DNA of 64,000 bases from Mobula hypostoma (GCF_963921235.1 NC_086097.1:45138001-45202000); one strand, 5' to 3'; shown: positions 27,851-40,848, counted from the first letter of the stretch. Translations and numbers: made by a program. Notes: a model not told the origin generated them from the sequence alone.

Positions 27851-28590
27851 CTAACAAACTCATTAAAGATATTAACTTCAGTAAGAGGTGGAGCTTTACA
27901 CAGGCTAGAGCAAACCTTTTGAAGTTGAATTTTTCAAATTCAAATTTTTGTTCTGAGGCAATCGACTCCAAAGGCAAAGGACACAAAGCTGTTACAAGAT
28001 GTATAGGTTACAAAATCTTCAGTACCTAGGCAAGAATGTGCACTAAAAAAAACACTATTAAAAGCACACCAGTAGACGGAAAACTGGTGGAAATGAGCAA
28101 TCATAGATTTTATTTCTCTATATACCTTCCCTTAAAATAATGCAACTATTTGATCATTCGGTTATCAATGGGGTGAACCAGAATAACCTACAATACAGCA
28201 CTGACTACCTCCATGTAATGCACTCGGAAGGATTTTGGGTGACTTATTTATAATTTTATTTTATAAAGTATGCTGTCAGCCTAATAGAGAAAACAGCACC
28301 ATCATGTTATAAACTGCTACATTATTTTGCTGTAAGCATCATGATGTTGTGGATTTTAGCGTTCAGGAACACAAATACTATTTCTACTGCAAGGATCTTT
28401 GGGCTTAACTCGTAGTAGTTGGGTTGCATAAAACATAGCTGCCAAATAATCCCAAAAATGTGGGCCATCTGCTATGCAGCTCAGGAAAAGAAAAATATAT
28501 ATATAACTAACTTAACCTTGGAAACATACTCTGACAATTAACTTGAAAGGAATAAGAAAAATGACGAGAGACAGATGTTCTTATTTGTAA

Positions 28591-28697
28591 ACCCACATGA
28601 AGTGCTAGAGAAACTCAGTGGGTCAGGCAACACGGGATTCTGCCTGGTCGGCTGAGTTCTTCCAGTATTTTGCAGGCTGCTCCAGATTTCCAACACC
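28591..28697. mobile_element. 107-bp inverted Penelope pLTR remnant with a 15-bp TSD
   Basis: TGTTCTTATTTGTAA at 28576-28590 and 28698-28712. The interior is head-to-head copies of the gcctggcctgctgagttcctccagc motif. Confidence 0.7.
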
Positions 28698-29039
28698 TGT
28701 TCTTATTTGTAAGTTGCCAGATGTCCTCTGTGGACAAGATACTGAAAGCTACCATACAGCAATCACTAGCAATTAGGAAGGAAAACAGTATGAAGATCTG
28801 TATAGCAAGGGGATTCGAGTACAAGAAGGAAGATCTGATGAGACCACACCCAATTTTATTCTCCCTACACAAGGACATATTTGCTACAGAGAAAATGTAA
28901 CAATGGAAACAGAGATGGACATACTGTCCTATAAGAACACTTTGTATATGTTTTCTTGGGTTTCGAAGAGCTAAATGTCAGTTACTGAAACAGACAGAAC
29001 TTTAAGGAGGCTTGACTGTGTAAGATGTAGAGATGATCT

Positions 29040-29805
29040 GTCAGGGTCTTCACTACGTCGGTGAAAGCTGACATAGATTGGGTGTTACTTCATTGACCAC
29101 CTTCACTCTGTCTGCCGCAAAAGGCAGAATCTCCCTGGGGATATCCATTTCAGCTCAACTTCCCATTCTCGTGACATGGTTGTCTTTGGCCTCCTCTACT
29201 GCCACGATGTGGCTACACTCAGGTTGAAGAAGCAATACCTTATATTCCCCTCCGGTAGCCTCCAACCTGATGGCATGAATATGGATTTCTCCAACTTCCA
29301 GTAATTTCTCCCTCAATCCCCCTCCCCTCTTTTACCATTCCCATTCTTGTTCCCCTCTCACCCTTTCTCTTCTCCTTGTCTGCCAAATCACCTCCCTCTG
29401 GTGTCTCTCCTCCTTCCCCTTCTTCCATGGTCCACTGTCCTCTCCTATCAGGTTCCTTCTTCTTCTACCACCTTTTATCTCTTCCACCTATAATCACACA
29501 ACTTCTTCTGTCATCCGCGTGCCCTCCCCCACCTCCCCACCAACCCACCTTCTCACCTCCTCACTTGGTTTCACCTATCACCAGACAACTGATTCTCCTT
29601 CCTCTACCCTCCCTCTCCCCCTCCCCACCACCTTCTTATTCTGGCTTCGCCCCCCCCCCGCCCATTCCTAATCCTCACGAAGGTCTCAGGCCTAAATCTT
29701 GGGTGTTTATTCTCCTCCATAAATGCTGCCCGACTTGCTGAATTCCTCCTGCATTTGGTGTGTGGTCTTCAAGATTTCCAGCAACTGTGGAGGAGTCTCT
29801 TGTGT
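29040..29805 (+). mobile_element. Penelope-like element 3' fragment (end of GIY-YIG plus pLTR, degraded hammerhead)
   Basis: Homologous to 54930-55614 and 52968-53538 (ATLRL.....LIF..GSLQPDGMN). Confidence 0.85.
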
Positions 29806-30679
29806 TCTAAATAACTTACTATTTGGAAGCTGCATTAAATTGTTATATTCCGTTACATGGACACACAGTAAAAGGGCAGTGTCTAGAACCTCTGAAATGA
29901 AAGTGCCAAGTGCCCCCCCACAAGACATTATAACGTTGCCACCCTCTAGCTGGTAGAACACCAAACTCTGGTACAATGCACACAGACTGAAAGTTCAGTA
30001 TGATAATGTCCACTAAAATATGAAGAGCTGACTTTTCCAGGATGGCAATAAAGCATGTAAAATCAGTGAAATATCATTTCACAGATTATAGAGACAGGGA
30101 GCAGTACAATACAGAAGCAAGCCCTTCAACCCAATGAGCCTACACTGAGCACAGTATCCACTCAGTTAGTCCAAACTTCCTGCATTTGGTCCATGGGAAA
30201 AAGGCTGAACATGCACCTTATTTATGCCTCTCATCAATTTCAGCATTTATAAAAGGTCGCCCTTTTGATTCTAAAATTCCTTTAGAAGGGATTTATTCCT
30301 TCTAAATTCCAAGGAATAAGTACCTAGCCTGGCCAACCACTAGCCCTGGCAGCACTTTTCATAAATCTTTCGGCACTGTTTCTAGTTTAGCCACATCCCT
30401 CCTATAACAGGGTAATCAAAACTGTATGGTATCAGTTTGAATATTATACACCATTTGGACTTAGAATATAGAACAGGCCCTTTTCCCCACCATGTCTGTG
30501 CTGACCATAAAGCTAATCTAAATTAATCTCATCTACATACACATGGTCTGCATCCCTCTACTCCTTCCTGTTCACATGTCTGTCTAAATTCATTGCTATT
30601 GTATTTACTTCTATCTCTTCCCCGGCTGCATGTTCCAGACATCTAACACTTTATGTGTTAAAAAATCTTGCCTTGCAAA

Positions 30680-30748
30680 AGATCCTGCTGAAGAGTCTCG
30701 GCCTGAAACTTCGACTTTCCTCTTTTCCATAAATGCTGCCTGGCCTGA
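30680..30748 (+). mobile_element. 69-bp PLE hammerhead-only insertion with an 11-bp TSD, inside a CR1 remnant
   Basis: TGCCTTGCAAA at 30669-30679 and 30749-30759. Interior reads CTGCTGA-agagtctcggcct-GAAAC-TTC-GACT. Confidence 0.7.
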
Positions 30749-31603
30749 TGCCTTGCAAATCTCCTTTGAACTTGCCTTCCCCACCGTAAATCTATGTTCT
30801 CTAATAATTCACATTACCATCTTGGGGGAAAAAAAGAGTCGATCTATGCATCTCATAATTTTATACACTTGTTCATGTCCGTCCTCACCTCCCCTAAGTC
30901 TCAAAGCTCCAAAGAAAGCAAAGATAATTAAACTATTTGATTCAACTTTGAGTGTGAGATATCATTTTATAACTCTCATAGTCTCAGTGTACAACATATT
31001 TATTTGGTGTGCTCTCGGAACATTGTGAATCCTTGGTTTATTTTTGCTATTATAGGAACAATAACATCTAAAGCAGTGAGACAGGAAGATTTGTGTGGGG
31101 TGCAGTAGATGGTGGAAGCATGCACCTCTTATTTATTCAGAGATCACTACCTTACTGCGGGTCATGACTTACTGGAACCCAATAGATTTCTCAGGTTTAA
31201 GATCATTTGGATCAGACTGTAAATTCTCATTCATTTAGTCCAACAAAAATTCACAAGTTATGAATAGTTAAAGTGATTTTGCTTTCATGTTAAACTTGTA
31301 TGGCATCACTGCCAATACTGGTAGCCCATCTCTCACTTGTGAGCCCGGAATTAGATTGAGGGACAATGATGGAATGTTGATACATTTTCAAGCCAGGATG
31401 GTCCCTGACTTGAGGAGGAAAGCTGCAGTTTCACCATGCCCACACTGTCATTGACCTTTTACACATGGTTAGTATTGTCATGGGGTAAAAAGGTTGGTGA
31501 TTTGCCGCTGAGAACCTGGAGGATAGTACACACTGAAGCCACACAGCAGCGGAAAGAATGAATGAGTAAATGTTTAGGGTGGTGACTGCCAATCAAGCAA
31601 GGG

Positions 31604-33222
31604 GTTCCCTACCATCTCCTTATCACAGTGTTCCCTATCACCATATCAAAGTGTTCCCTGTATTCCCTACCACCACCTTATCACAGTGTTCCCTGTGTTC
31701 CCTAACACCATATCGTAGTGTTCCCTGTTCCCTACCATCTCCTTATCACAGTGTTCCCTAACACCATATCAAAGTGTTCCCTGTGTTCCCTACCACCACC
31801 TTATCACAGTGTTCCCTGTGTTCCCTAACACCATATCATAGTGTTCCCTGTTCCCTACCACCTCCTTATCACAGTGTTCCCTGTGTTCCCTAACACCATA
31901 GCACAGTGTTCCCTGTTCCCTACCACCACCTTATCACAGTGTTCCCTGTGTTCCCTATCACCATATCAGTGTTCCCTGTGTTCCCTACCACCACCTTATT
32001 ACAGTGTTCCATGTGTTCCCTAACACCATATCACAGTGTTCCCTGTTCCCTACCACCTCCTTATCACAGTGTTCCCTGTGTTCCCTAACACCATATCACA
32101 GTGTTCCCTGTTCCCTACCACCTCCTTATCACAGTGTTCCCTGTGTTCCCTAACACCATATCACAGTGTTCCCTGTTCCCTACCACCACCTTATCACAGT
32201 GTTCCCTGTGTTCCCTATCACCATATCAGTGTTCCCTGTGTTCCCTACCACCTCCTTATCACAGTGTTCCCTGTGTTCCCTAACACCATATCAAAGTGTT
32301 CCCTGTGTTCCCTACCACCTCCTTATCACAGTGTTCCCTGTGTTCCCTATCACCATATCAGTGTTCCCTGTTCCCTACCACCACCTTATCACAGTGTTCC
32401 CTGTGTTCCCTATCACCATATCAGTGTTCCCTGTGTTCCCTACCACCTCCTTATCACAGTGTTCCCTGTGTTCCCTAACACCATATCAAAGTGTTCCCTG
32501 TGTTCCCTACCACCACCTTATCACAGTGTTCCCTGTGTTCCCTATCACCATATCAGTGTTCCCTGTGTTCCCTATCACCATATCGTAGTGTTCCCTGTGT
32601 TCCCTATCACCACATCACAGTGTTCCCTGTCACCATATCACAGTGTTCCCTGTGTTCTCTATCACATCACAGTGTTCCCTGTGTTCCCTATCACCTTATC
32701 ACAGTGTTCCCTATGATCTCTATCACATCTCAGTGTTCCCTGTGATCTCTATCATCATATCAGTGTTCCCTGTGTTCTCTATCACTATATCACAGTGTTC
32801 CCTGTGATCTCTATCACATCTCACAGTGTTCCCCGTGATCTCTATCACCATATCAGTGTTCCCTGTGTTCTCTATCACTATATCACAGTGTTCCCTGTGA
32901 TCTCTATCACATCTCACAGTGTTCCCCGTGATCTCTATCACCATATCAGTGTTCCCTGTGTTCTCTATCACTATATCACAGTGTTCCCCGTGATCTCTAT
33001 CACCATATCAGTGTTCCCTGTGTTCTCTAGCACCTTATCACAGTGTTCCCCGTGATCTCTATCACCATATCAGTGTTCCCTGTGTTCTCTATCACTATAT
33101 CACAGTGTTCCCTGTGATCTCTATCACATCTCACAGTGTTCCCTGTGATCTCTATCACCATATCAGTGTTCCCTGTGTTCTCTATCACTATATCACAGTG
33201 TTCCCTGTGATCTCTATCACCA
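31604..33222. repeat. Minisatellite/satellite with a ~30-35-bp unit (CA)CAGTGTTCCCTGTGTTCCCTAYCACCWTAT and higher-order periods
   Basis: Tandem array visible directly. Periods are 65 and 195 bp on the left and 93 bp on the right. Confidence 0.97.
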
Positions 33223-33299
33223 TCTGATCGAAGTGTTACCTGTGTACTTCCATTCTTCTCCTTTCTTTGCAACTTAAAATAAGCTTGATTCTAACTTTG

Positions 33300-33490
33300 A
33301 AAACCAAAAAACTGCAAGATGCTGGAAATCTGAAGCATATCAAAAGGTGTTCTGAAACTCAGCAGGTCAGACAACATCTGTGGAAGGAGTTAATGTTTCA
33401 GTTGAAAGACTCCCTGTGAGACTTGAAGCATTAACTCTGTTTTTCTCTCTACAGATCCTGCCTTACATGCTGAGAGCTTCAGCAGTTTCT
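33300..33490. mobile_element. Old inverted PLE pLTR remnant
   Basis: gatgctggaaatc...ctcagcaggtcag on one strand followed by a degenerate reverse copy. Confidence 0.5.
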
Positions 33491-33634
33491 ATGAAAGTCC
33501 CTTCACTCATTTCTCTACCAGTTAAGCATTGCTTTTCAACTGCTGTTTCTACACCTTTGGTGCGGCTTCTAGCGACGTGAAAATGTTAGCACATAATGGT
33601 GGTGAAATAAATGGAGGCTACAGACGAAGGATAC

Positions 33635-33764
33635 ACCCAGTCCAACTTCAGCTTTTTGGTCGGAAGTTCAGCTTTATCTTCCAGGCTGTAGGTCTCCTTA
33701 ATCTCCTGGGGCATATACATGGTGACAGGGCGCCCACGTAGGAACATTTTTACGTAGCCTTCCT
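33635..33764 (-). CDS. eml1: EML1 exon (HELP motif start): EGYVKMFLRGRPVTMYMPQEIKETYSLEDKAELPTKKLKLDW(V)
   Basis: ttttag| acceptor, U12-type donor |gtatcctt, 130 nt. Confidence 0.97.
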
Positions 33765-36029
33765 CTAAAAGAAAAAGACAGAATATAGCAATTGTTCCTC
33801 TTTATTTAGAATCACTTAAATACTATAAAATGAAATAAATTAATAGGCATTTAGAGACAGAATGAAAGTGAAGTACAGTCAACACCAAAATTTGGTTTAG
33901 CGTAGTAACTTTATTATGTGAAAAGTTTCATACAGTTTCATTACATGCAGTGAGTAGTGTTCATGTTGAAACAATGAAGCAGAATTTTTCAAAGATGCAG
34001 CAACTTGTGACAACATTCCATCTGACCAAAATTACATCAGTGACTCAACATGCTATTTAATAGATATTAAACATACAAAACAAAGAACTCAATGCAGAAA
34101 GCAGGAGATGGCAAAAGACAGCATGATAGAGGAAAACACAACGTACAGAAAAAGACGGAACAAAATAAAAACAAACAGGCATGTTCCTTACAGCTCATCA
34201 AATACTTGATTGTAAAAGGTAAGAAATTAAAAACAAATCTGAAAGTATTGGCTCGGGGTTTTAAGTGGGCTGATCACACTTGGAGACCTCGACATGACAG
34301 TCGGGCTGTTGAGATTCTGACTTGGACTTTTAGAAAGTGGTAGGGTCAGAGAGGGTGACTTGCGAGTCCCAAGCTTCCCAGTAACTTTAACTGAGGTGGT
34401 TCCATATTCTTGAACAGTTGGTTCCTGGTTCAACAGAAGACCAAGGAGTTCAGCACTGCTTTCGGGAGAGGCGATCAGTTTTGGAGTCTGACCCAGAAAC
34501 ACCTGCACTGAAACTACATGGAGTTGTCATAGATGCCGAGTATATGGGAGAGCAGAAGCAATAAAATGATTATCGATGACTTTAATGTTTAACATTGTTA
34601 GTGAAGAATAAACTAGTATTTTAACAACAGATTGTTTCACAGTTTTCAACTCTTAAAATACTGGCTTCAGTCGTAAAATATACTGATTAAGGATTTACAG
34701 TCAGAAACCTGAAATTATCTACCTCTCCCTTTTAAAGAGAGACATTGTATCCCAGACAGTTTTCTTATCCAGATAGCCCATATTTAATAGTCACAAATGC
34801 TGCACAGCTTGGCATTAAACTTTGATCATTTTTGTCCTAATGATTTTCTCATAATTGAGAAAACATTGAAATGAAACTTGTGGTTGGAAGACAAGAATAC
34901 TGAATGGACAATGTAAGTGGCAAAACAGTCTTTGAAGCATCTCAGGGACTTCCGAGATGATTCTATGAAGTCACTTTGCATGATAAGATAAAACATGTGA
35001 AGGCAAATGGACAATGTACTTACATTCTTCCGCTGTCCTGAACTGCATCACTCTGCTTTATGCTATCGCTCAAAGTAACTTACCCTCTAATTTGATAGTT
35101 AAAAACAGAGACTAGTTTAGACACCACAACACCCAGGTAACACTTGCTAGGTTTGTCTATACCACAGACGCCATCTGATCTGCTAGGCGTTCCTTATTTT
35201 TAAGATTTCCAGCATCTGCAGTTTTTTTGATTTTTATAGATTCATCTTTTGCTCACTGCTTTGAAGAGGCTATGCTCATGAAAAAACAACTACATGTTTT
35301 AACTAGAAGCATTTACGTTTGGACTATATTTTATCTACAAACATTCATATTTGACTGAGAGATTTGTTTCTGATGAAGCTTGGATCCACTACAAAAATTT
35401 TGTTAGTAAAAATTAGTACATTTTGGCAAACTTTCATGCGGATATTACAAAATGATGAGACCTTATTCTTCAAACACCAGTGAATTATTGTAGCAAATTT
35501 GAAAAGCAGCAACACTACTTTACATGTGACCTAGCTCTCTGCACCTCAATCACATGACTCAAAAAGCCAGCAAAACATAAAGACTGCCAAAAAATCCATA
35601 AATGATTCAGGACACCTCGTCACCATTACTCTGTTATTCCCCCAAAACCTAAATATTCGAAGTCTGTGGTGGTTTGCTCCAAGGAAAGTCTCATTAATGC
35701 ATTTGAGAGGTTTGGATGCATTGAAAAGTGATTTTCAAATACACAAGCTTTGCATTTCAAAACAAAATGTCAGCATGCTTGGAGAGGCTGTGTGTGCATG
35801 TGAATGAGACCTGACAGCAAGGAGGCAGGTACGTTCAGAGAGCTAGAGCATTGCACAAATGAGACCTACCTTTGCAATGAGTCACACGGCGTTTCCCTTG
35901 TGATTACAGAGACAGAGACAGAAGTGCTAGATAAAGACGTGTATGAGCAAAGTCAGGCTCACCTAACACCTGTTCTAATGGCTTCTTAGCCACAGTCATT
36001 TACATATTCTAAATAATCTCTCACAATCT

Positions 36030-36290
36030 AGTTTATTTATTTAGAAATACAGAGCGAAATAGGCCCTTCCTGTTGCACTGCCCATCGATCCCCGACAATC
36101 CCGATTTAACACTAACCTAATCACGGGACAAGTGAGGACAACCAGTTAACCTACCTGGTACATCTTTAGGAGGAAGCTGAAGGAAACCCATGTGTTACAT
36201 GGGAAAGACCTATGGAGGCTTCTTACAAAAGATGCTGGGACTGAGCTGTGAACTCCAATGCTCCAAGCTGTAGTAACATCATGCTAGGTC
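36030..36290 (-). mobile_element. tRNA-derived SINE, decayed
   Basis: Same family as 20085-20360 and 37690-37910. Confidence 0.6.
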
Positions 36291-37339
36291 CCTTGCTTGC
36301 TACAGATGTATTCTATGTTCTCCCCCCGCCCGACAAATCTGTTATATGCTAATTTAATTTATGATATATTGTGAGCAAGTGTAATTTCAATCCCACTAAA
36401 CCTGAAGGGAATTTCATCATAATTAAAAATCAATTCATTTGGTATAACCTTTTCTTTCTTCTTTCTTTTTCAATCTTTTTATTAGTTTCATAAAATAAAA
36501 ACATAACATAGCAATAATGCAAATAGTAGGAGATACATTGTTGTACTTAAAATGAGTCATTGTAAGACCAAATAGTATAAATTGACAAAACTCCCAATCG
36601 TGTAGGATAACAATGAATAATAGAGGACAAAAAAAACTGGAGAAAAATCATGAAAAAGAAAATAAAATAGAAAAAAAAACAAACCCCATCCCAAAAAAAA
36701 CTAAACAGAATTAGTCAACTAAACTAAAAGACTTGGGCAAATTTTGAAAATTCTGTGTTAACAAATAAACTCTCCAAATGGGCACTTTCACATAATTCTG
36801 AATGTATCTCTGCCCTATGATAATAAACATATCAAATTTAATGAAAACAAAATTGCCTGTATTCATTCAGGTGATAGACTGACTGAAATTCAACAAATGC
36901 ACCGTTTAAAAGTTAAGGCAATCCTTTGGACTGAGAGGAGGAGATGGGGACATGTATCTTGGACTCCCAAGGTAATCCAGCTTTAGTTATGGTCCCCAAA
37001 CCCTTATCATCTCACTTTTCTCTCCTGGCCCCCTCACCCATTTTCTCCTCTTCCTTCCTTCTAAAAAATGCCGTCATTTGCCTCCCATCAAGGAGATTCT
37101 CCCCCCCCCACCCCAATCCAATTCCCTGTCCCAACCCTGTGCATCTCTATTGATCTGCCCTTTCTCCTCTCTTGACATCATCCAAGACTTGAATTTCATC
37201 GCTACTCCCTCCGGCTCTCTTGATATTCTCCAAAGGTCTACTGAGGTGTCTTTGCTGTTTCTATATAAACTGCAATTCTAATCCTCCTCTCTCACTAATC
37301 TTTCCAACAATGAATCTTTTTCTTTTCCAAATCTGAATC

Positions 37340-37565
37340 TGTATAAATCATTGCCACAGACTGCCGTGGAGGCCAAGTCATTGGGAATATCTAAAGCGGA
37401 GGTTGCCCGGTTTTTGATTTGTAAGGCTGTCAAAGGATATGGGGAGAAGGTGGGGAGAAGGTAGGGAGAATGGAGTAGAGAGGGATAATAAATCAATCAT
37501 GATTGAATGGTGGAGTAGACTTCATAGGCCAAGTGGCCTGATTTTCCTCCTGTATCTTATGCTCC
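37340..37565 (+). mobile_element. CR1 3' end
   Basis: Matches 21990-22205 (cattgccacag..tggaggccaagtc..). Confidence 0.8.
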
Positions 37566-37689
37566 ACATGACTCCACTTGCATGATTTTATGCTACCTCA
37601 CAAGTCATATATCGCATTTCTTCTTTCAATTACACTTTTTACTCTACATGCTGCCTCCTAGCAATATGTTGCATGCACGTCTTAATGAA

Positions 37690-37910
37690 TTAATCTATTT
37701 ATTGAGATACAGCACGAAATGGGCCCCTCCAGGCCCTTGAGCCATGCCACCCAGCAATCTCCTGATTTAATTCCAGCCCAATCACGTGACAAATTAATCT
37801 ACCTACTGGTACATCTTTGGATTGTTGTTAGCACCCGGATGAAACCCATGCATTCGTGGGTGGTAACAACAAACTCCTTATCAGCAGCAGTGGGAATTGA
37901 TTTCCACCTG
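37690..37910 (-). mobile_element. SINE fragment
   Basis: Similar to 620-857. Confidence 0.6.
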
Positions 37911-39608
37911 TACACTGAGGACTTTCAGGTCCAACTTTCTTCCACCACAATCAAGCAATCCACAGCCCAAGAGTTTTCAAACCGATTGTGGCACATTGCA
38001 ATCTTGGAAATTCTCTTTCTATTTGAAAATCTGCACTGACTTGCACATCTCTTTCTATAATTGCTTCCTGCACCCTCTAATTTTATTGTTTCTGATCTCT
38101 TGTGCATCCAAACATTCTTACTCTCCAGAAGTCAAATCATGTTTTCGGATGTTCAAGCTTTAAGCTGTGAGGTTTATTTCATAAACTCTCCGCCTTTCTC
38201 TCTCTCTCTCTTTCCTTAAGGCTTACCTTAAACTTACCTCTTTGTCCAAGGTTTGAGTCTATTCTCCTATTACCCCTTCTTTAGCATGACATGACATGTG
38301 TTTTGTTCTTTAAGAGGGGTATTTAAATCTAAATCTGTTGCTGCTAGGCATGGGATAGGGAAGAGGCATGGAATTAAGTCAGTTTGAAGGAAGGGAAACA
38401 ACTGTATTAAGAATGAAAATGCAGGGAGATGCAGGAGAAATAGTTTATGAGAATGGATTTTCTTATTACTTTAGGTTTATGGATAAGAATAAGTATTTCT
38501 TACTGAGCGGAAGAGGAATTAAACATTATACTGTGTCATTCATGATTTTGGGATCTCTCAAAATATTTGACAATTATTTAAGTAATTTTGGTGTGTCATT
38601 ATTGAAATGCTGTAGACCACTTGTAAACATAAAGGCTCCCACATAGTGATGGGATTGATGAATAAGCAATTAGTTTTAGTGATATTGGTTGAAGGATTGA
38701 CGTTGACAAGGGCACGAGGAAAAAACTCATTTGCACTTCTTCAATTAGTTTTATGAGATCTTTTGTGAGATAAACATTTCAAACAAGAGATTCAACAGGG
38801 AACCACAGGTTCAAAGTGATACAATTTACCCACATTATGTAATAAAATAACATTACTGAAGGTTAGTCATCTTTTAAGAGAGAATGTTAAATCTATCTGA
38901 ACTAATGACGAAATTGTTTTCAGGTCTTAACAACATCCTCTATCAACACTGATTTAAATGCAGGTCAGGAAGATGGTGCGCCATTTAACAGGGCGAGTGT
39001 TGCTGTAGAGCTGTATTTCCTAAGTGGGTTGCCATGGAAGACATTATGTCTGCAATGTTTATCCCATTCTTCAGAATAAGGGAAGGAAAAAGGGAAAGGG
39101 AAGGTAAAAAAAAGTAAGGTAACCATGATAATTCACAGCTAAGCCTCCCAAAGGAGTTTCTGATTGAAAGTGAAACATGGCAGATACACATCTCCTGAAA
39201 GGTAGTTGGGTCAAGGAGAGGGCAAAATCCTTGGGAACAAATACCCCATTTCTTGAAAGCATTATTAATTGATGTGTAAATGATACATTAACTGAGCTTC
39301 ATTACTCTACAAAAATCCAATGCCTAACAGTCAATGGATTCGATATAGATTCGAAGTGAGTTTCCTTCTCAATGGCTGAATAGCCTAGCAAACTTGTGTG
39401 GCATTGTGGTCAAATCCCTAATTTATAGCTTTGCAAATTTATCTGTTTGAAAATTTAGAGAAACAAAAACAAATTTATAAAGGTTTTTTTAATCCAAAAA
39501 ATTAGAAAATTGAAATAGGAAAGAGCAAAAAGCAAGAACATCACAACTTATTGACTGTCTTGATAAGATCTCTAGTGCTGAAAATGAATGATTTACAAAA
39601 CTACTCAC

Positions 39609-39637
39609 CTGCATTATAGAGAGGGTCCCTGGATTTT
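39609..39637 (-). CDS. eml1: EML1 micro-exon: KSRDPLYNA(E)
   Basis: tttcatag| acceptor, |gtgagt donor, 29 nt. Needed to convert phase 2 to phase 1; corresponds to KPKEPVFSAE. Confidence 0.9.
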
Positions 39638-40387
39638 CTATGAAAGAAAATGCATTGGAATGAATGTTTAGTGTTGGTACCTCTTAGATGGAGCTTTTGT
39701 ATTAAAAGAGCAATTAGTGCGTTATATTACTAGTCTAGAAAAATACAGTAATACATTTTGAAACCGCTGAGCAAACGTGGAACCATCTAAACAGCTGTGA
39801 GAGCAGTGTCAGATGAGAAGGTCAATCATCACCTGCATGCTGGCAAGCAGAGTGTTGATGCAGGGAACATTCAGTCTACTTAAGCCTCGTCATTCCCACA
39901 GGTGCTTAAGACACACAATGGTTAGTATTCAATTCTGCTATCACATCAAGTTATTTCAACGTCAATCTGTCCAAAACTATCTTCTAAAGAGGCATTTCAG
40001 ACGACATCGAAATCCAAACTGGACTCACTTACCATTTGTCGTACTGTAAGTTTGACTTCTGCTAATCAAATTCAATTCATACAAATTCAAACTATTGGAA
40101 TTAAGAATATAAATTGAATGCTGTTGTTTTGATTTTTTTGCCCTGATAAAATCCTACATTAACTTATTGCTAGGCATTGAAGAGAATAATCAATCCTCAG
40201 ACTGGAGCTTGGCGCTGAAGTTAAAGAAAGCATTTGAAGCCTGAGAGAGAGAATATTAATGGCATTTCATCTGTGTTATCAGCTAACCACAATCTTTTGT
40301 TACACAGAAATAGCAATAACATCCTACTAAACTCAATTCAGAAATGACGTTCAAGTCAGAAAATTGTACATATGCACTTTAACTCAC

Positions 40388-40522
40388 CCATCACTGATCT
40401 TTTTGCCGCTAGACCCACTGCTGGTTGATCCGGTGCGGGCCCTATTGCTCTTTGATTCTCCGAAACTCTCTCTTCGTGCTGCTGAAGACACACGTTCAGA
40501 AGAATTGCTTCTCTTCACAGCA
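40388..40522 (-). CDS. eml1: EML1 exon: AVKRSNSSERVSSAARRESFGESKSNRARTGSTSSGSSGKKISD(G)
   Basis: tgtag| acceptor, |gtgagt donor, 135 nt, phase 2-2. Ser/Arg-rich EML1 linker. Confidence 0.93.
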
Positions 40523-40719
40523 CTACATTAAAATATGGTTTATTTGTTCAAAAATATTCACAACTTCTCTGTCATTGTGCATTTATTGAGAAATAATTCT
40601 ACTTATTTCAAATGCAAACATCTTCCTTCAATTGACTTTTCATTCAAATTATTTTTATTCACAACTGTTTTATGTAAAGCAAACACTCATACTAGCTACA
40701 TGTAAAATAACTGTTGTTG

Positions 40720-40848
40720 AGCCCTGATGAAGAGTCTTGGACCGAAACATCGACTGTTTATTCATTTCTATAGATGCCTCCTGACCTGCTTCAGCATTTC
40801 GTGTATGTTGCTTTGGATATCTAGCATTTGCAGAATTCCTTGTGTTTG
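40720..40848 (+). mobile_element. Solo PLE pLTR fragment with a hammerhead motif (40720-40755)
   Basis: AGCC CTGATGA agagtcttggacc GAAAC ATC GACT, followed by the conserved gatgc..cctg..cagcat tail. Confidence 0.75.

Larger units (their letters stand above)
27851..33634 (-). other. eml1: U12-type (minor spliceosome) GT-AG intron
   Basis: 5' splice site GTATCCTT (33634-33627). Branch-point-like TCTTTAAT (27869-27862) lies about 12 nt upstream of the AG, with no real polypyrimidine tract. Confidence 0.88.

Noticed and set aside
31570..33272. Many overlapping repetitive ORFs (up to 226 aa) and a superficially CRISPR-like repeat pattern
   Set aside because: These are translations of the satellite. 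There are no unique spacers and no cas genes, and the context is a eukaryotic intron.
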